Source: an uncultured Verrucomicrobiae bacterium
GTDB lineage: Bacteria; Verrucomicrobiota; Verrucomicrobiia; Chthoniobacterales; UBA10450
Assembly (NCBI GenBank): GCA_963756875.1
Contig: CAVWPA010000001.1
Location: 480,001-544,000 of the forward strand
Direction of reading: 5' to 3'
DNA: 64,000 nt
The notes beneath the pieces are model-generated. The model made no database searches. It worked only from the letters and a program-made list of their open reading frames with translations, and was not told where the DNA came from. Positions 50,822-61,776 of this stretch are shown here, one piece after another (positions within the stretch are counted from its first letter, which is position 1; every line of letters starts with the position of its first letter). The position numbers were made by a program, and so were the translations under genes.

Positions 50822-52966
50822 CTAGCCACCGGCATGGGACGGCCCGGCCGGCACTTTCTTTTTTGCCGCGGCCTCGATGCCGAGCCTTTTCAGAAATGGC
50901 TGGACCGATTGAGGACGGCCGAGGAATTTTTCGATCGACACCTTAACGTCGCGCGAGCTGCCCTGCGCATAAATCTCGCGGCGCAATTTCATGCCGGCCT
51001 GCTTATCGAGGTAACCATTCTTCGCTTTTTCGAAAACCGTTGCCATGTCGGCGGCGATCGCATCGGCCCAGGCGTAACCATAATACCCGGCATCGTAGCC
51101 ATTCAGGTGGCCAAAATAGGTGACGAACGTTGTGCTCGGATCGATCGGCAGAAAAACCTTTTCCAGAATTGGATTGGAAATGCCGACACAATCGTACGGC
51201 TGATTTTCAGGATGTTGATCGTGCAGCGCGAGGTCGAGCGCCGCGAATGCGAATTGCCGCCGATAAAAAACGCCAGCCGTCGCTTTCTTGGCATCGTTCA
51301 TTTTCTTGATTGTTTCCGCGGGAATTTTTTTGGATGGGTTGCGGTAATCCGCTGCAAAAGTGTCGAGCACCTTCTTGTTCCAGACCCAGTTTTGAAGCAT
51401 TTGCGACGGCGCTTCAACGAAGTCGCCGGGCACATTGGTTCCGGCGAAACGGGCGTACCTTGCGCGTGTAGTGATGGCATGGAGCGCGTGACCGAACTCA
51501 TGAAACAGCGTCTCCACATCGGTATGCGTCATCAATGACGGTTTGTCCGCGCTCGGCGGCGGGAAATTGCAAAGCAGAGCGACTGTCGGGCGTTGATATT
51601 TCCCGTCTGGAAGCACCTTGCCGCCGATAATATCGAACTCGGCGAAGTGATTAAACTTTCCTTCCCGGGGAAACATGTCGAGATAGAACATGCCCAGCGG
51701 CTCGCCGGTGACCGCGTCGGTCACCATGTAGAGCTGGAGATCATCGACCCATTTGTACGGCGCCGCGATTTTCTCAAACTTCAGGCCGAAAATGCTCTGA
51801 TAGATATTGAACATTCCCTCGAGCACTTTTTGGAACGGGAAGTAAACGCGGAGCGCTTCGGTATCGACGGCGTATTTTTGTTTCTTGAGCTCATTGGTGT
51901 AATAACGCCAGTCCCACCAGTCGACAATCGCCTTGGGATTGTGCGTATTCGCCGCCTTCATTTTTTGGAACTCGGAAACTTCGGCCGCGAATTTCGGCTG
52001 AATGCCGGAGATGAGGTTGTTGATATACGATTTCGCGCCGGCGCCGGTCTTGGCCAGTTTGATTTCGGTCTGGTAATCGTCCCACGATTTGTAACCGAGC
52101 AGGAGCGCGATCTTGTTGCGCAAGGCGAGCATTTGATTGAGCACGGAAACATTGGTGTCTTTGGCAAGACTGCTGCGCGCGACGTAAAGCTTTTTGCGCG
52201 TTTCTTCGTTCCTGGCGTTTTCCTCGACGGTGACGTATTGCCACGTGACGTTTGCGAGCACGGTGTAGGCATCGTCTCCGGTTTTGACTCCCGGCGCGGC
52301 GAGAAAGCTTTCCGGCACGCCATCCAGCTCCGCTTTGGTGAAAACGAGCGGCGCTTTGGCGTTGACTATATTGGTGTCGAAATCTGTCCCCAGCTTCGAC
52401 AGTTGCTTCCGTAATTCTTCGACTTGCTTGCGTTTGTCCGGCGGAAGTTCCAGACCCGCGCGCCGGTAATCGCGCATCGTTTCGTCGAATAATTTTTTGT
52501 CTTCGCCCGACAGTTTCGGATGCGTCTTGGCGAAAGCTTTGAGCGCCTTGTAAACATCTTCGCGATAATTGATGCCGACTGCCCAATCCTGGAACTCTTT
52601 CACCGCGTTCTCAGCCGCGGCGCGCATCTTTTCGTTCGTGTTGGTTTCCTTGATGATCGTCGCCTCATTTGCGGCGTTTCCAGCCTGGTATGTCAGGTCA
52701 TCCAGGGCGACGATTGTGCTCTTGAACGTGACTTTGGCCGCGTCCTGCGCACCGATCTGGTCGAGCGCCTTGTTCGCCTTCGCGATGGCGTTCTTCATCG
52801 CCGCATCCACGGCCTCCGGTGTCTGCTCCCACTCCGGAAGCGTCAGGACATCGTTTGCCTTTGCGCCTGCAGCCCGAAAATTGTCAACGGTCTTTAGATC
52901 TGCCGCGGACAACGACCAAACGGACGTGGAAAGAGCAATCGATAGAAAAACGAGTAAGGATTTCAT
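50822..52966 (-). CDS. M3 family (thimet-like) oligopeptidase
   Basis: LFHEFGHALH, DFVEAPSQMLQ, GYYGYAW. Confidence 0.92.
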   Translation of the reverse strand: MKSLLVFLSIALSTSVWSLSAADLKTVDNFRAAGAKANDVLTLPEWEQTPEAVDAAMKNAIAKANKALDQIGAQDAAKVTFKSTIVALDDLTYQAGNAANEATIIKETNTNEKMRAAAENAVKEFQDWAVGINYREDVYKALKAFAKTHPKLSGEDKKLFDETMRDYRRAGLELPPDKRKQVEELRKQLSKLGTDFDTNIVNAKAPLVFTKAELDGVPESFLAAPGVKTGDDAYTVLANVTWQYVTVEENARNEETRKKLYVARSSLAKDTNVSVLNQMLALRNKIALLLGYKSWDDYQTEIKLAKTGAGAKSYINNLISGIQPKFAAEVSEFQKMKAANTHNPKAIVDWWDWRYYTNELKKQKYAVDTEALRVYFPFQKVLEGMFNIYQSIFGLKFEKIAAPYKWVDDLQLYMVTDAVTGEPLGMFYLDMFPREGKFNHFAEFDIIGGKVLPDGKYQRPTVALLCNFPPPSADKPSLMTHTDVETLFHEFGHALHAITTRARYARFAGTNVPGDFVEAPSQMLQNWVWNKKVLDTFAADYRNPSKKIPAETIKKMNDAKKATAGVFYRRQFAFAALDLALHDQHPENQPYDCVGISNPILEKVFLPIDPSTTFVTYFGHLNGYDAGYYGYAWADAIAADMATVFEKAKNGYLDKQAGMKLRREIYAQGSSRDVKVSIEKFLGRPQSVQPFLKRLGIEAAAKKKVPAGPSHAGG

Positions 52967-53100
52967 GGCTGTGAAAAACGTGGCCACAGATTTGCACAGA
53001 TTCCCACAGATGACAGAAGGAATTTTGCTGAATCTGTGCTTAATCCGTGTTCATCTGTGGCAATAAAATGCAGGCTAAAAGCGTCTCTGTCGGAAAGCCA

Positions 53101-53208
53101 TGTCATTTCGAGCGGAGTCGAGGAATCTCTCATTGTTGTCGGTGGACCCGGGTAGCAGTAAGAGATGTCTCGGTCCGAGCCGGACTGGCATATTCGCTCG
53201 ACATGACA
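53101..53208. repeat. Palindromic repeat (tgtcat..cgagcg type) with a 20-bp insertion in the right arm
   Basis: tgtcatttcgagcggagtcgaggaatctc ... gagatgtctcg[gtccgagccggactggcata]ttcgctcgacatgaca. Confidence 0.7.
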
Positions 53209-53256
53209 AAAAGCAGCCTTTCAACAGAACCAGTAAAAGCGTTGCCCTAAGATTCC

Positions 53257-53829
53257 GTGATCGAAAAATTTCTGCTCACGTTCATTCCGATTTTTGTCGC
53301 CATCGATCCGATCGGCCTGGTTGCGCTTTTCATGGGACTCGGAACCGGCGCTTCATCGGAACATCGCCAGCGACAGGCGTTTCTTGGGATACTGACCGGA
53401 TTGTGCGTTGCGGTCGGGTTCATATTTCTCGGGAAAATCATTTTTGCGGCGCTGGGGATCACCGTTGCCGACTTTCAGGTCGCCGGCGGGTTGATCTTGC
53501 TCGTCCTCGCCGTGCGCGAGCTGGTGGGGTTTGGTCCGCATGATCGTGGCGGCGGCGAGGAGTTTGGAGTTGTGCCGCTTGGAATGCCATTGATCGCCGG
53601 CCCGGCGTTGTTGACCGCGCTGCTGATCCTTGTCGATTCGGTGGGGCTGATTTACACGCTTGCGTCGCTTCTGGTGAATCTGGCGCTGGTGGCGATCGCC
53701 TTGTGCAATGCCGAGCGTTTCGCCCGCTGGATGGGAAAACAGGGTTTGCGTGGGGTTTCGAAGATTATCGCTCTTCTTCTGGCCGCAATCGCCGTAAGCC
53801 TGATCAGACGGGGATGGAAGGGAATGTAA
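53257..53829 (+). CDS. MarC family membrane protein
   Basis: FVAIDPIG, FQVAGGLIL, VPLGMPLIAGP. Confidence 0.92.
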   Translation: MIEKFLLTFIPIFVAIDPIGLVALFMGLGTGASSEHRQRQAFLGILTGLCVAVGFIFLGKIIFAALGITVADFQVAGGLILLVLAVRELVGFGPHDRGGGEEFGVVPLGMPLIAGPALLTALLILVDSVGLIYTLASLLVNLALVAIALCNAERFARWMGKQGLRGVSKIIALLLAAIAVSLIRRGWKGM

Positions 53830-53949
53830 GGCAAAACCCGACCCTTGCGACAGGGTTGACTCGTATTGTATAAAGCTCTAGTACTCTCCTCACATCCTGA
53901 GGGGGCTCCTGTTGACACGTCCGAGACCCTCGTTACTATCGTCCGCTCT

Positions 53950-55254
53950 ATGAGATTTCCGCTCGCCCTAACGACGAAAATCGCCGGCTACCTGATCGGC
54001 CAGAAGCTTCGTGGCACGAAAAAGTTTGCCACGGTGCTGCAACTGGAGCCGCTCCACACCTGTAACCTCACGTGCACGGGGTGCGGGCGGATCCGGGAAT
54101 ACTCTACCTCGCTCAAAGACATGATGGATCTGGAAGATTGCCTGGGCGCCGCCGAGGAATGCAACGCGCCGATGGTCTCGATTTGCGGTGGCGAACCGCT
54201 CATTTATCCCCACATCGAAGCTCTGGTGAAGGGATTGCTCGAGCAGGGCCGGATTGTTTACATCTGCACGAATGCGATGTTTATGCGCAAAAAAATGCGG
54301 GAATGGCTCGCCAAAGAATTGCGGAATGCGGATCGCGAATCGCGGATCGATTTGGAAGGCAAGATCGACAAGCTGGTCGCCAACGGGCTCGTGAGCGAAA
54401 AAGACGCGGCGGCAATCCGCAATCCGCAATCACCAATCCGCGATTGCACGATTGGACCGAGTAGATGGATGTATTGGAACGTGCATTTGGATGGGCTGGA
54501 GCGAATCCACGATCTGATTGTCGAGCGTGAAGGCGTGTTTAAGGAATGTATTCTCTCCATCAAGATGGCGAAGATCCTCGGTTACCAGGTTGCGACGAAC
54601 ACGACCATTTACAAGGAAACCGACATGCAGGAGGTCGAGCAGATGTTCGATTATCTCTCCGATCTCGGCGTGGACGGGCACACCATTTCGCCCGGCTACG
54701 AATACGACGCCGCCAAGAAAGACATGATCAAGCGGCTGAATCTGCGCCCTGAAAATTTCTTTCTCACGCGCAAAATGACAGTCGAGAAATTCCGAAGGAT
54801 GGAAGATTGGATGAATCGCTACACATTCTTCGGGACGCCGATTTATTTTGAGTTTCTTGCCGGCAAACGCGATTTGACCTGTTCCGCCTGGGCGATTCCG
54901 ACGCGGAACATTCGTGGCTGGAAAGGTCCCTGCTATCTCATGACGGACGCCCATTATTCGAGTTACGCGGAATTGCTCGAGAAAGTGCAATGGGAAAAAT
55001 ATGGCGTGGTCGATGGGGTGGCCCGCGATGCACGTTGCGAAAATTGCATGGTGCATTGCGGCTACGAGCCGACTGCAACCCTTGGCTTGCAGGCGCAGCG
55101 CGGGGACACCTGGAAGAACATCAAATTCAATTTCGGAGCCAAACCGAAGCCGACCGGAAAAGGAAGCGAAACTGTCGCATTTAACGGCGTGAGCTGCGGC
55201 AACGGACACATTACGGGCAAGCGCGCCGAAGCCGCTGCCGCGCAAGCGTCCTAA
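53950..55254 (+). CDS. hpnH: Hopanoid biosynthesis radical SAM protein (adenosylhopane synthase-like)
   Basis: LEPLHTCNLTCTGCG, GGEPL, CENCMVHCGYE; adjacent to shc. Confidence 0.88.
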   Translation: MRFPLALTTKIAGYLIGQKLRGTKKFATVLQLEPLHTCNLTCTGCGRIREYSTSLKDMMDLEDCLGAAEECNAPMVSICGGEPLIYPHIEALVKGLLEQGRIVYICTNAMFMRKKMREWLAKELRNADRESRIDLEGKIDKLVANGLVSEKDAAAIRNPQSPIRDCTIGPSRWMYWNVHLDGLERIHDLIVEREGVFKECILSIKMAKILGYQVATNTTIYKETDMQEVEQMFDYLSDLGVDGHTISPGYEYDAAKKDMIKRLNLRPENFFLTRKMTVEKFRRMEDWMNRYTFFGTPIYFEFLAGKRDLTCSAWAIPTRNIRGWKGPCYLMTDAHYSSYAELLEKVQWEKYGVVDGVARDARCENCMVHCGYEPTATLGLQAQRGDTWKNIKFNFGAKPKPTGKGSETVAFNGVSCGNGHITGKRAEAAAAQAS

Positions 55255-55322
55255 GATCGATCCGCCTTCGTTATGACTACGGCGTGACAAGCAACCGTTA
55301 GTTCATTTATAAGATCGACATC

Positions 55323-57317
55323 ATGAGTTCGTCCAGAAACGTGATTGCACTGCCGGGCGCTATTCCCGACCGCGCCGAGTCCTATTCCATCGACGATGCG
55401 GAGGTTTTGCAGGCAATCACCCGCGCACAGGAGAATTTGCTGCGGCAACAGCGCCCCGACGGTCATTGGTGCGGCGAGCTTCTGGTGGATAGCACGCTCT
55501 GCTCCGATTTCGTGGTCTTCATGCATTGGCTGGGCGAGGTCGACCCCAACGTGCAGTTGCGGTGTGCGCGTCATATTTTGAAACGCCAGCTTCCCGATGG
55601 CGGTTGGAATGTCTATTACGGCGGCCCGAGCGAGATTAATGCGTCGGTGAAGGCCTACTTCGCGCTCAAACTGGCCGGCTATTCGGCCGATCTGCCGTTC
55701 ATGCGAGAGGCGCGCGCCAATATCCTGCGACTCGGAGGCATCCCCTGCATGAACACTTTCAGTAAGCTTTATCTCGCGTTGCTCGGCCAGTTCCCCTGGA
55801 AATATCTTCCGACAATTCCCGTGGAAATGATTCTGCTGCCGACCTGGGCGCCATTTCACATTTACAAAATGTCCTCCTGGAGCCGGGCCATGCTCGTCCC
55901 GCTTGCGATCATCAATCATTTCAAGCCGACTCGCGTTCTCCCGGGCGAAAAGCAGCTTCACGAGCTTTATCCGCTCGGCACCGAGTATCACGACTTTCGG
56001 CTTCCACGGGACGAGCGTTTTTTCACGTGGCGCAATTTTTTCCTTCGTGTCGATAATGCTCTGAAGTTTTTGCATCCGTTGCGGTTTCGCCCCATGCGCC
56101 AGCGGGCGTTGGAAGAAGCGGAGCGCTGGATACTTGAGCGGATCGGTGAGGGGAGCGACGGCTTGGCGACGGTTTTTCCAGCGATGCTCAATTGCCTGAT
56201 CGCACTGCGTGCCCTTGGTTACCCGAAGAATCACCGGGTTTATCAAAAAGCGACCAAAGATTTTGCCGGGCTCTTTGTAGATGATCCGGAAGATTTTCGC
56301 ATTCAACCCTGTTTGTCGCCTGTTTGGGATACGGCCATCAACGTGATCACGCTGGCCGAGTCCGGTCTTTCGCCGGAGCATCCTGCGTTGCAACGCGCCA
56401 CGGACTGGCTGGTGAGCAAGGAAGTGCGAATTCGCGGCGACTGGACAGTGAACAATACGCATCCGGAAGCGAGTGGCTGGGCATTCGAATACAACAATAT
56501 CTACTACCCGGACGTAGACGATACCGCGATGGTTCTCATGGCGTTGCGACTCGTTAGGCCGCGCGATCAACGCGCACTGAGCGAGGTATTCCGGCGAGCG
56601 CTTGGGTGGCAAATCAGTTTCCAATGCCGGGACGGCGGCTGGGCCGCATTCGACAAGGATGTGACCACGCCCTGGCTTGAAGACATGCCCTTCGCCGATC
56701 ACAACGCGATCCTCGATCCCACCTGCAGCGACCTAACCGCGCGCACGCTCGAATTGCTCGGTTACATCGGGTTCGATCCGAAAGCGCGCTGCGTACGCGA
56801 CGGCATCCAGTATTTGATCGATACCCAGGAGGACGATGGCTCCTGGTACGGGCGCTGGGGAGTCAATTATATCTATGGCACATGGCAGGTTCTGCGCGGT
56901 TTGCGCGCAATTGGCGACGACATGACTCAGGATTGGATTTTGCGAGGGCGCGATTGGCTGGAGAGCTGTCAGAACGATGACGGCGGCTGGGGCGAAACCT
57001 GCGCCACGTACGAAAATCCGTCTCTCAAAGGTATCGGCGAGAGCACCGCGTCGCAGACGGCCTGGGCCCTCATGGGAATTTGCGCTTGCGGCGATCTCGA
57101 CAGGCCGAGCATTCAACGCGGTCTGGGGTTTTTGCTCCAGTCGCAAAAAGCGAACGGCTCTTGGGATGAGCCGCAGATCACCGGCACCGGATTTCCCGGC
57201 GTTTTTTACCTGAAATACGACATGTACCGGCAGAACTTCCCACTGCTCGCCTTCGCCACATACGTGAATTACCGTCGGGGCGTGGTTTCTCCGGGGTTCT
57301 ATCGCTGCGACTCGTAG
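55323..57317 (+). CDS. shc: Squalene-hopene cyclase
   Basis: DVDDTA motif, QW repeats, WYGRWGVNYIYGT, GTGFP. Confidence 0.96.
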   Translation: MSSSRNVIALPGAIPDRAESYSIDDAEVLQAITRAQENLLRQQRPDGHWCGELLVDSTLCSDFVVFMHWLGEVDPNVQLRCARHILKRQLPDGGWNVYYGGPSEINASVKAYFALKLAGYSADLPFMREARANILRLGGIPCMNTFSKLYLALLGQFPWKYLPTIPVEMILLPTWAPFHIYKMSSWSRAMLVPLAIINHFKPTRVLPGEKQLHELYPLGTEYHDFRLPRDERFFTWRNFFLRVDNALKFLHPLRFRPMRQRALEEAERWILERIGEGSDGLATVFPAMLNCLIALRALGYPKNHRVYQKATKDFAGLFVDDPEDFRIQPCLSPVWDTAINVITLAESGLSPEHPALQRATDWLVSKEVRIRGDWTVNNTHPEASGWAFEYNNIYYPDVDDTAMVLMALRLVRPRDQRALSEVFRRALGWQISFQCRDGGWAAFDKDVTTPWLEDMPFADHNAILDPTCSDLTARTLELLGYIGFDPKARCVRDGIQYLIDTQEDDGSWYGRWGVNYIYGTWQVLRGLRAIGDDMTQDWILRGRDWLESCQNDDGGWGETCATYENPSLKGIGESTASQTAWALMGICACGDLDRPSIQRGLGFLLQSQKANGSWDEPQITGTGFPGVFYLKYDMYRQNFPLLAFATYVNYRRGVVSPGFYRCDS

Positions 57318-57536
57318 AGCTGTCGTTTCGTAAAGGCGACGCCCCGCCGTCCGGCATCCGGGAGGGCACCTTGTAGCCACGGCGCTCTGTCGCCGTGTCT
57401 TCACTTCGGGCCTCCGCGATGCGCCCCGACAGAGCCCGTTCGACTTCGCTCAGGGCAGGCTTATTTGGCGGCTGCACTGTTTAACGCAAAAAATAAAACC
57501 TGCCGGCAAACGGAATTCGATCTAACAGTAGAGATT

Positions 57537-58136
57537 ATGGCTTACGAACTACCAAAACTACCCTATCCATACGAAGCGCTGGAACCGCATATCGATGCGC
57601 GAACGATGGAAATCCATTACACCAAGCATCACCAGGCTTACGTCAACAACGTCAACAACGCGATCAAAGGCAAACCCGACCTGGAGAAAAAATCGGTCGA
57701 GGAGCTGATCAGCGATCTCAAGTCGGTGCCGGAAGATATTCGCACCGTTGTCCGCAACAATGGGGGCGGCCACGCCAACCATTCCTTCTTCTGGAAAATC
57801 ATGGGCCCGAACGCGGGTGGCGAGCCAAAGGGCAAACTGGCTGACGACATCAAGTCGACATTCGGCGACTTTAACGCCTTCAAGGAAAAGTTTGCAGCCG
57901 CGGCGGGCGGCCGTTTCGGAAGCGGCTGGGCGTGGCTGATAAAGAACAAAGGCGGCAAGCTGGAGATTGTTTCGACACCGAACCAGGACAGTCCGTTAAT
58001 GGACGGCAACAGACCTGTGATTGGTCTCGATGTCTGGGAACACGCTTATTATCTGAAATATCAGAACCGGCGGCCCGACTACGTCAAAGCCTGGTGGAAC
58101 GTTGTGAATTGGGACGCCGTCGCCAAAAACTACTAA
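57537..58136 (+). CDS. sodA: Fe/Mn superoxide dismutase
   Basis: [30 protein letters not shown]. Confidence 0.93.
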   Translation: MAYELPKLPYPYEALEPHIDARTMEIHYTKHHQAYVNNVNNAIKGKPDLEKKSVEELISDLKSVPEDIRTVVRNNGGGHANHSFFWKIMGPNAGGEPKGKLADDIKSTFGDFNAFKEKFAAAAGGRFGSGWAWLIKNKGGKLEIVSTPNQDSPLMDGNRPVIGLDVWEHAYYLKYQNRRPDYVKAWWNVVNWDAVAKNY

Positions 58137-58325
58137 GAATGGAGAAATGGAGTATTGGAGTAGGGGAGTAATGGTCTTTCCATTTCTCCTTCACTCCATG
58201 ACTCCAACACTCTATTCCTGATGGCGTGTCTTAAATTGCTGGCGGCGCTTCTTTCTGTAGCGGCGGTCTATGACCGTCGCTAGATTCGCTCGTGTTCCGG
58301 CGGTCGCAGACCGCCGCTACAGGTG

Positions 58326-59561
58326 ATGGCGTATCTAAACGAAAATTATCTCAAGCTTCAGGCGGGATATCTCTTCCCTGAAATCGCGCGGCGCGTGCGC
58401 GAGTTTTGCGATGCGGATCCAGAAGGAGCCGGAAGACTAATCCGTTGCGGAATCGGGGATGTGACAGAGCCGTTGCCGCGCGCGGCAATCGAGGCGATGA
58501 AACGCGCCATCGAAGAACTCGGACATCGCGAAACATTTCGAGGATATGGTCCGGAACAGGGCTACGAGTTTCTCCGGTCGACCATCGCGCAGAAAGACTA
58601 TCGCGATCGCAAAATCGATGTCGCAGACGACGAAATTTTCGTTTCTGACGGGTCGAAATGCGATTTTGGCTACATTCTCGACATTCTCGGCGACCAGAAC
58701 AAGGTCGCGATCACCGATCCGGTTTATCCGGTCTATGTGGATACAAATGTGATGACCGGGCATACCGGTCCGGCTCGAAAAGATGGCAGCTACGAAGGAA
58801 TCGTCTATCTGCCGTGCACCGCGGAAAACAATTTTGTTCCCGAACCGCCCAGGGAACATGTCGATCTCATTTACCTTTGTTTTCCGAATAATCCGACGGG
58901 CGCCGTGGCATCGCGTGAGCAGCTTGCGCGCTGGGTCCATTATGCGCATGAGCACGATGCGTTGATTCTCTTTGACGCGGCCTACGAGGCGTACATTTCG
59001 GAACCGGAGATTCCGCATTCCATTTTCGAGATTCCCGGCGCCCGGGAATGTGCGATTGAGCTGCGCAGTTTCTCCAAGAACGGCGGGTTCACCGGCGTGC
59101 GTTGCGGCTTCACCGTCGTGCCGAAAACGCTGCTCGGCCGCACAGAGTCAGGGAAAAAATTGCCGTTGCATCCGCTCTGGAATCGGCGCTGGAGCACAAA
59201 AGCGAACAGTGTGAGTTATCCCGTTCAGCGCGGAGCGGAAGCATTGTATTCTCCGGAAGGCCGCCAACAGGTGCGCGGACTGATCGACCATTACATGGGG
59301 AACGCGAAAATCCTCCGTGAAGCTTGCGCCGAAACCGGCATGCTTGTTTTCGGCGGGGTAAACGCGCCTTACATATGGGTGAAAACCCCGAGTGGCCGCA
59401 CCAGTTGGCAGGTATTCGACCAAATGTTACGCGAGCTGAATGTAGTCGTTACTCCGGGAAGCGGATTTGGCGCGCAAGGAGAAGGGTATTTTCGCGTCTC
59501 CGCCTTCAACAGCCGAAGTAATGCCGAAGAAGTAGCGCGGCGGCTTCGAGCGCTGGCGTAA
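58326..59561 (+). CDS. dapL: LL-diaminopimelate aminotransferase
   Basis: [33 protein letters not shown]. Confidence 0.95.
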   Translation: MAYLNENYLKLQAGYLFPEIARRVREFCDADPEGAGRLIRCGIGDVTEPLPRAAIEAMKRAIEELGHRETFRGYGPEQGYEFLRSTIAQKDYRDRKIDVADDEIFVSDGSKCDFGYILDILGDQNKVAITDPVYPVYVDTNVMTGHTGPARKDGSYEGIVYLPCTAENNFVPEPPREHVDLIYLCFPNNPTGAVASREQLARWVHYAHEHDALILFDAAYEAYISEPEIPHSIFEIPGARECAIELRSFSKNGGFTGVRCGFTVVPKTLLGRTESGKKLPLHPLWNRRWSTKANSVSYPVQRGAEALYSPEGRQQVRGLIDHYMGNAKILREACAETGMLVFGGVNAPYIWVKTPSGRTSWQVFDQMLRELNVVVTPGSGFGAQGEGYFRVSAFNSRSNAEEVARRLRALA

Positions 59562-59714
59562 TTGTAATCAGGAGCAAGAGCAAGAGCATGAGCATGAGCA
59601 TGAGAAGGGTTTTCCTCCTCCTCCTGCTCATGATCGACGGAGGGTCCGACCGACATCTCCCCTTGCGCTACAGGCTCGGTAGGTAACATTCCCCTTTTTG
59701 GGAAAGAAGTCAGC

Positions 59715-60194
59715 GTGTCCGAATCGAAGCAAAATCTCCTCCAGCTCTATCGCTTTTGTTTTTTGATGCTGGCCGACGCGAGCAAGGCGGAGGAGGTTTT
59801 TCACGCTACGCTGCGACAAGCCGCACAGAATTCAGCGGCGGGCGAACCTCCTCGCGATCGCCTGTGGTTTTTCCGCGATGCCCGCTGGCGATGTCTGGAA
59901 GCTGGCGAACAAGGTCTGCAGGCTGAAGATGTCGAACTGGAGGAGGAGCAGATCGCTCCCTCGGCGTCGGCGCAAATCGAAAAACTTGAGCCGGCACAAC
60001 TCGCGATCTGGATTGCCGCTGCCTCGGATCCCCAGCGAACAGCGCTGGCCCTGTTCTATCTCGATGAATTCAATGACGCGGAATTGCTTTCGGTCTGCGA
60101 ACTGAAACCGGTGGAGCTGGCAAAATTGCTCTCGGAAGGACGCCATCAATTTCAAGCCTGGCTCAATGCGACAATGCCCGTTACCGAGACATGA
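59715..60194 (+). CDS. Degenerate ECF sigma-like protein
   Basis: LYRFCFLMLADASKAEEVF; QRTALALFYLDEF (region 4-like). Confidence 0.55.
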   Translation: MSESKQNLLQLYRFCFLMLADASKAEEVFHATLRQAAQNSAAGEPPRDRLWFFRDARWRCLEAGEQGLQAEDVELEEEQIAPSASAQIEKLEPAQLAIWIAAASDPQRTALALFYLDEFNDAELLSVCELKPVELAKLLSEGRHQFQAWLNATMPVTET

Positions 60195-60958
60195 TTGCCT
60201 TGTCCCGCCGCCACCGTTTGTTTCTCCAATTCGCCCCGATCAGTGAGGAGCGGGTGCGGGATCGCCGCATGCGAGTTGCGTTGCACCGCGCGCGCAAGGA
60301 CGAAGGATTTGCCGCGCAACAGAATTTCGATCGCGCGGTTGCGGCGCTCGTTCGCGCGATTCCGATCCCTCAGCCAATCACAGATTGGGTTCCGGAAGAG
60401 ACGCTCATTTCGGCGCCACAACGCCCATGGAAAAAATACGCGCAACACCCGGCGATTGTCGCCACCGCGATCGCCGTTGCGGTGATTGCCGGTGTCTTCG
60501 TGTTTCATGTGATCGACAATCTGAATGATTTTCCAAACGAAGATACCGCGCGAAAGTTGCTGGGAGTGGCAAGCTCGACACGGTCACTGGTTCTTGATCC
60601 GGTGAAGACGGATGCCGGAGAACTCGGCGATCTCTTCTTCATGAAATATCGGCTGGAACATTATGATGTGCCGCCCGAGTTCGCCGACTTTCGGACATTG
60701 GGTTACCGCGTTTTTCCCGATGAGGAAGCGCAGCGGGTCGCCCAGATCTGGGTAGTCGAGAAGCGCATGCAGTTTTTTATTTTTCGAGCCGAGAAAGACC
60801 CCAAAACAGGCGCGCCGCGGGAATTTTCAGGCTGGCGTTATGTGGAGCAGGAAGGATGGGCCGGCGTGATCGAAGAGCGCAACGGCATTTGTTTTATGGC
60901 GGCCATGCGCGGGCGGGAAAAAGATCTGGCGCCGTATATCGCGAAAAAAAGCGATTAG
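60191..60958 (+). CDS. Single-TM hypothetical protein (possible anti-sigma)
   Basis: ATGA coupling to the sigma-like gene; central TM. Confidence 0.55.
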   Translation: MIALSRRHRLFLQFAPISEERVRDRRMRVALHRARKDEGFAAQQNFDRAVAALVRAIPIPQPITDWVPEETLISAPQRPWKKYAQHPAIVATAIAVAVIAGVFVFHVIDNLNDFPNEDTARKLLGVASSTRSLVLDPVKTDAGELGDLFFMKYRLEHYDVPPEFADFRTLGYRVFPDEEAQRVAQIWVVEKRMQFFIFRAEKDPKTGAPREFSGWRYVEQEGWAGVIEERNGICFMAAMRGREKDLAPYIAKKSD

Positions 60959-61030
60959 ATTCGGCTTTGGGAAAGCCGTGCAGGGCCAACGTTGACTCTT
61001 CGTCATAGGCCATTCAACTTTGTGCCGCCT

Positions 61031-61122
61031 GCCAGGGTGGCTCAGCGGCCTGCTCGCGAAGACTTTCGGAGTAGAGCAGCCCGAAAGTATTCGGGGTTGG
61101 TCGCGCGGAGTTTTGCCTGGTA
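61031..61122 (+). pseudogene. Degenerate tRNA copy with a D-loop insertion and palindromic anticodon arm
   Basis: gccagggtggctcagcgg[23 bp]tagagcag cccgaaagtattcgggg ttggtcg...cctgg aligns to the tRNA at 61142. Confidence 0.75.
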
Positions 61123-61141
61123 TTCTTTGAACGAAATTGTT

Positions 61142-61213
61142 GCCAGGGTAGCTCAGCGGTAGAGCAGGGGACTCATAAGCCCTTGGTCGGGAGTTCAATT
61201 CTCCCCCCTGGCA
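61142..61213 (+). tRNA. tRNA with CAT anticodon (probably Ile2/lysidine type, otherwise Met)
   Basis: Cloverleaf GCCAGGG/CCCTGGC-A, D arm GCTC/GAGC, loop CTCATAA (CAT 61174-61176), T arm GGGAG-TTCAATT-CTCCC; CCA not encoded. Confidence 0.92.
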
Positions 61214-61224
61214 CTTTTTACGCA

Positions 61225-61467
61225 ATGGCTTGGGTTTACATTATTCGCGGTTCGTCAGGCCGACACTACATTGGTTCCACAGTCGATCTCGACGCGCGAT
61301 TCGCCCAGCATTTACGTGGTCATACTGCCACAACCAAGCGACTCGGCGAGATGCTTGAGATCGTCGCAAAAAAAGAATTTCCAACTTTGGCTGAAGCTCG
61401 AAAAATCGAGCGCTCATTGAAACGAAAAAGGAATCCAAAGCTCGCAATTTATCACTTGCGGCAGTAG
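61225..61467 (+). CDS. Small GIY-YIG nuclease, array copy 1
   Basis: WVYII..HYIGST.DLDARFAQH..EARKIE. Confidence 0.9.
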   Translation: MAWVYIIRGSSGRHYIGSTVDLDARFAQHLRGHTATTKRLGEMLEIVAKKEFPTLAEARKIERSLKRKRNPKLAIYHLRQ

Positions 61468-61521
61468 AGCAGCCCCGAAAGCTTTCGGGGTTGGTCGGGA
61501 GTTCAATTCTCCCCCCTGGCA
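61464..61521 (+). repeat. tRNA 3' remnant with anticodon arm replaced by CCCCGAAAGCTTTCGGGG
   Basis: Matches tRNA 61159-61213 except in the anticodon arm. Confidence 0.9.
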
Positions 61522-61533
61522 GGTTTTTGAATA

Positions 61534-61776
61534 ATGGCCTGGGTTTATATTCTCCGCGGCTCCTTAGGCAGACACTACATCGGTTCCACGGTCGATCTCG
61601 ACGCACGGTTTGCGCAACATTTACGCGGTCATACTGCAACAACCAAGCGACTCGGTGGAAAGCTTGAAATAGTTGCCAAAAAAGAAGTTTCAACGCTGGC
61701 TGAAGCTCGAAAAATCGAGCGCTCATTGAAACGAAAAAGGAATCCAAAGCTCGCAATTTATCACTTGCGCCAGTAG
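61534..61776 (+). CDS. Small GIY-YIG nuclease, array copy 2
   Basis: 74/80 aa identical to copy 1. Confidence 0.9.
   Translation: MAWVYILRGSLGRHYIGSTVDLDARFAQHLRGHTATTKRLGGKLEIVAKKEVSTLAEARKIERSLKRKRNPKLAIYHLRQ

Noticed and set aside
55251..56702. Long antisense ORFs (483 aa here; also 24771-25802, 18662-19633, 10798-11718)
   Set aside because: They are shadows of well-supported genes in GC-rich DNA and carry no recognisable motifs.
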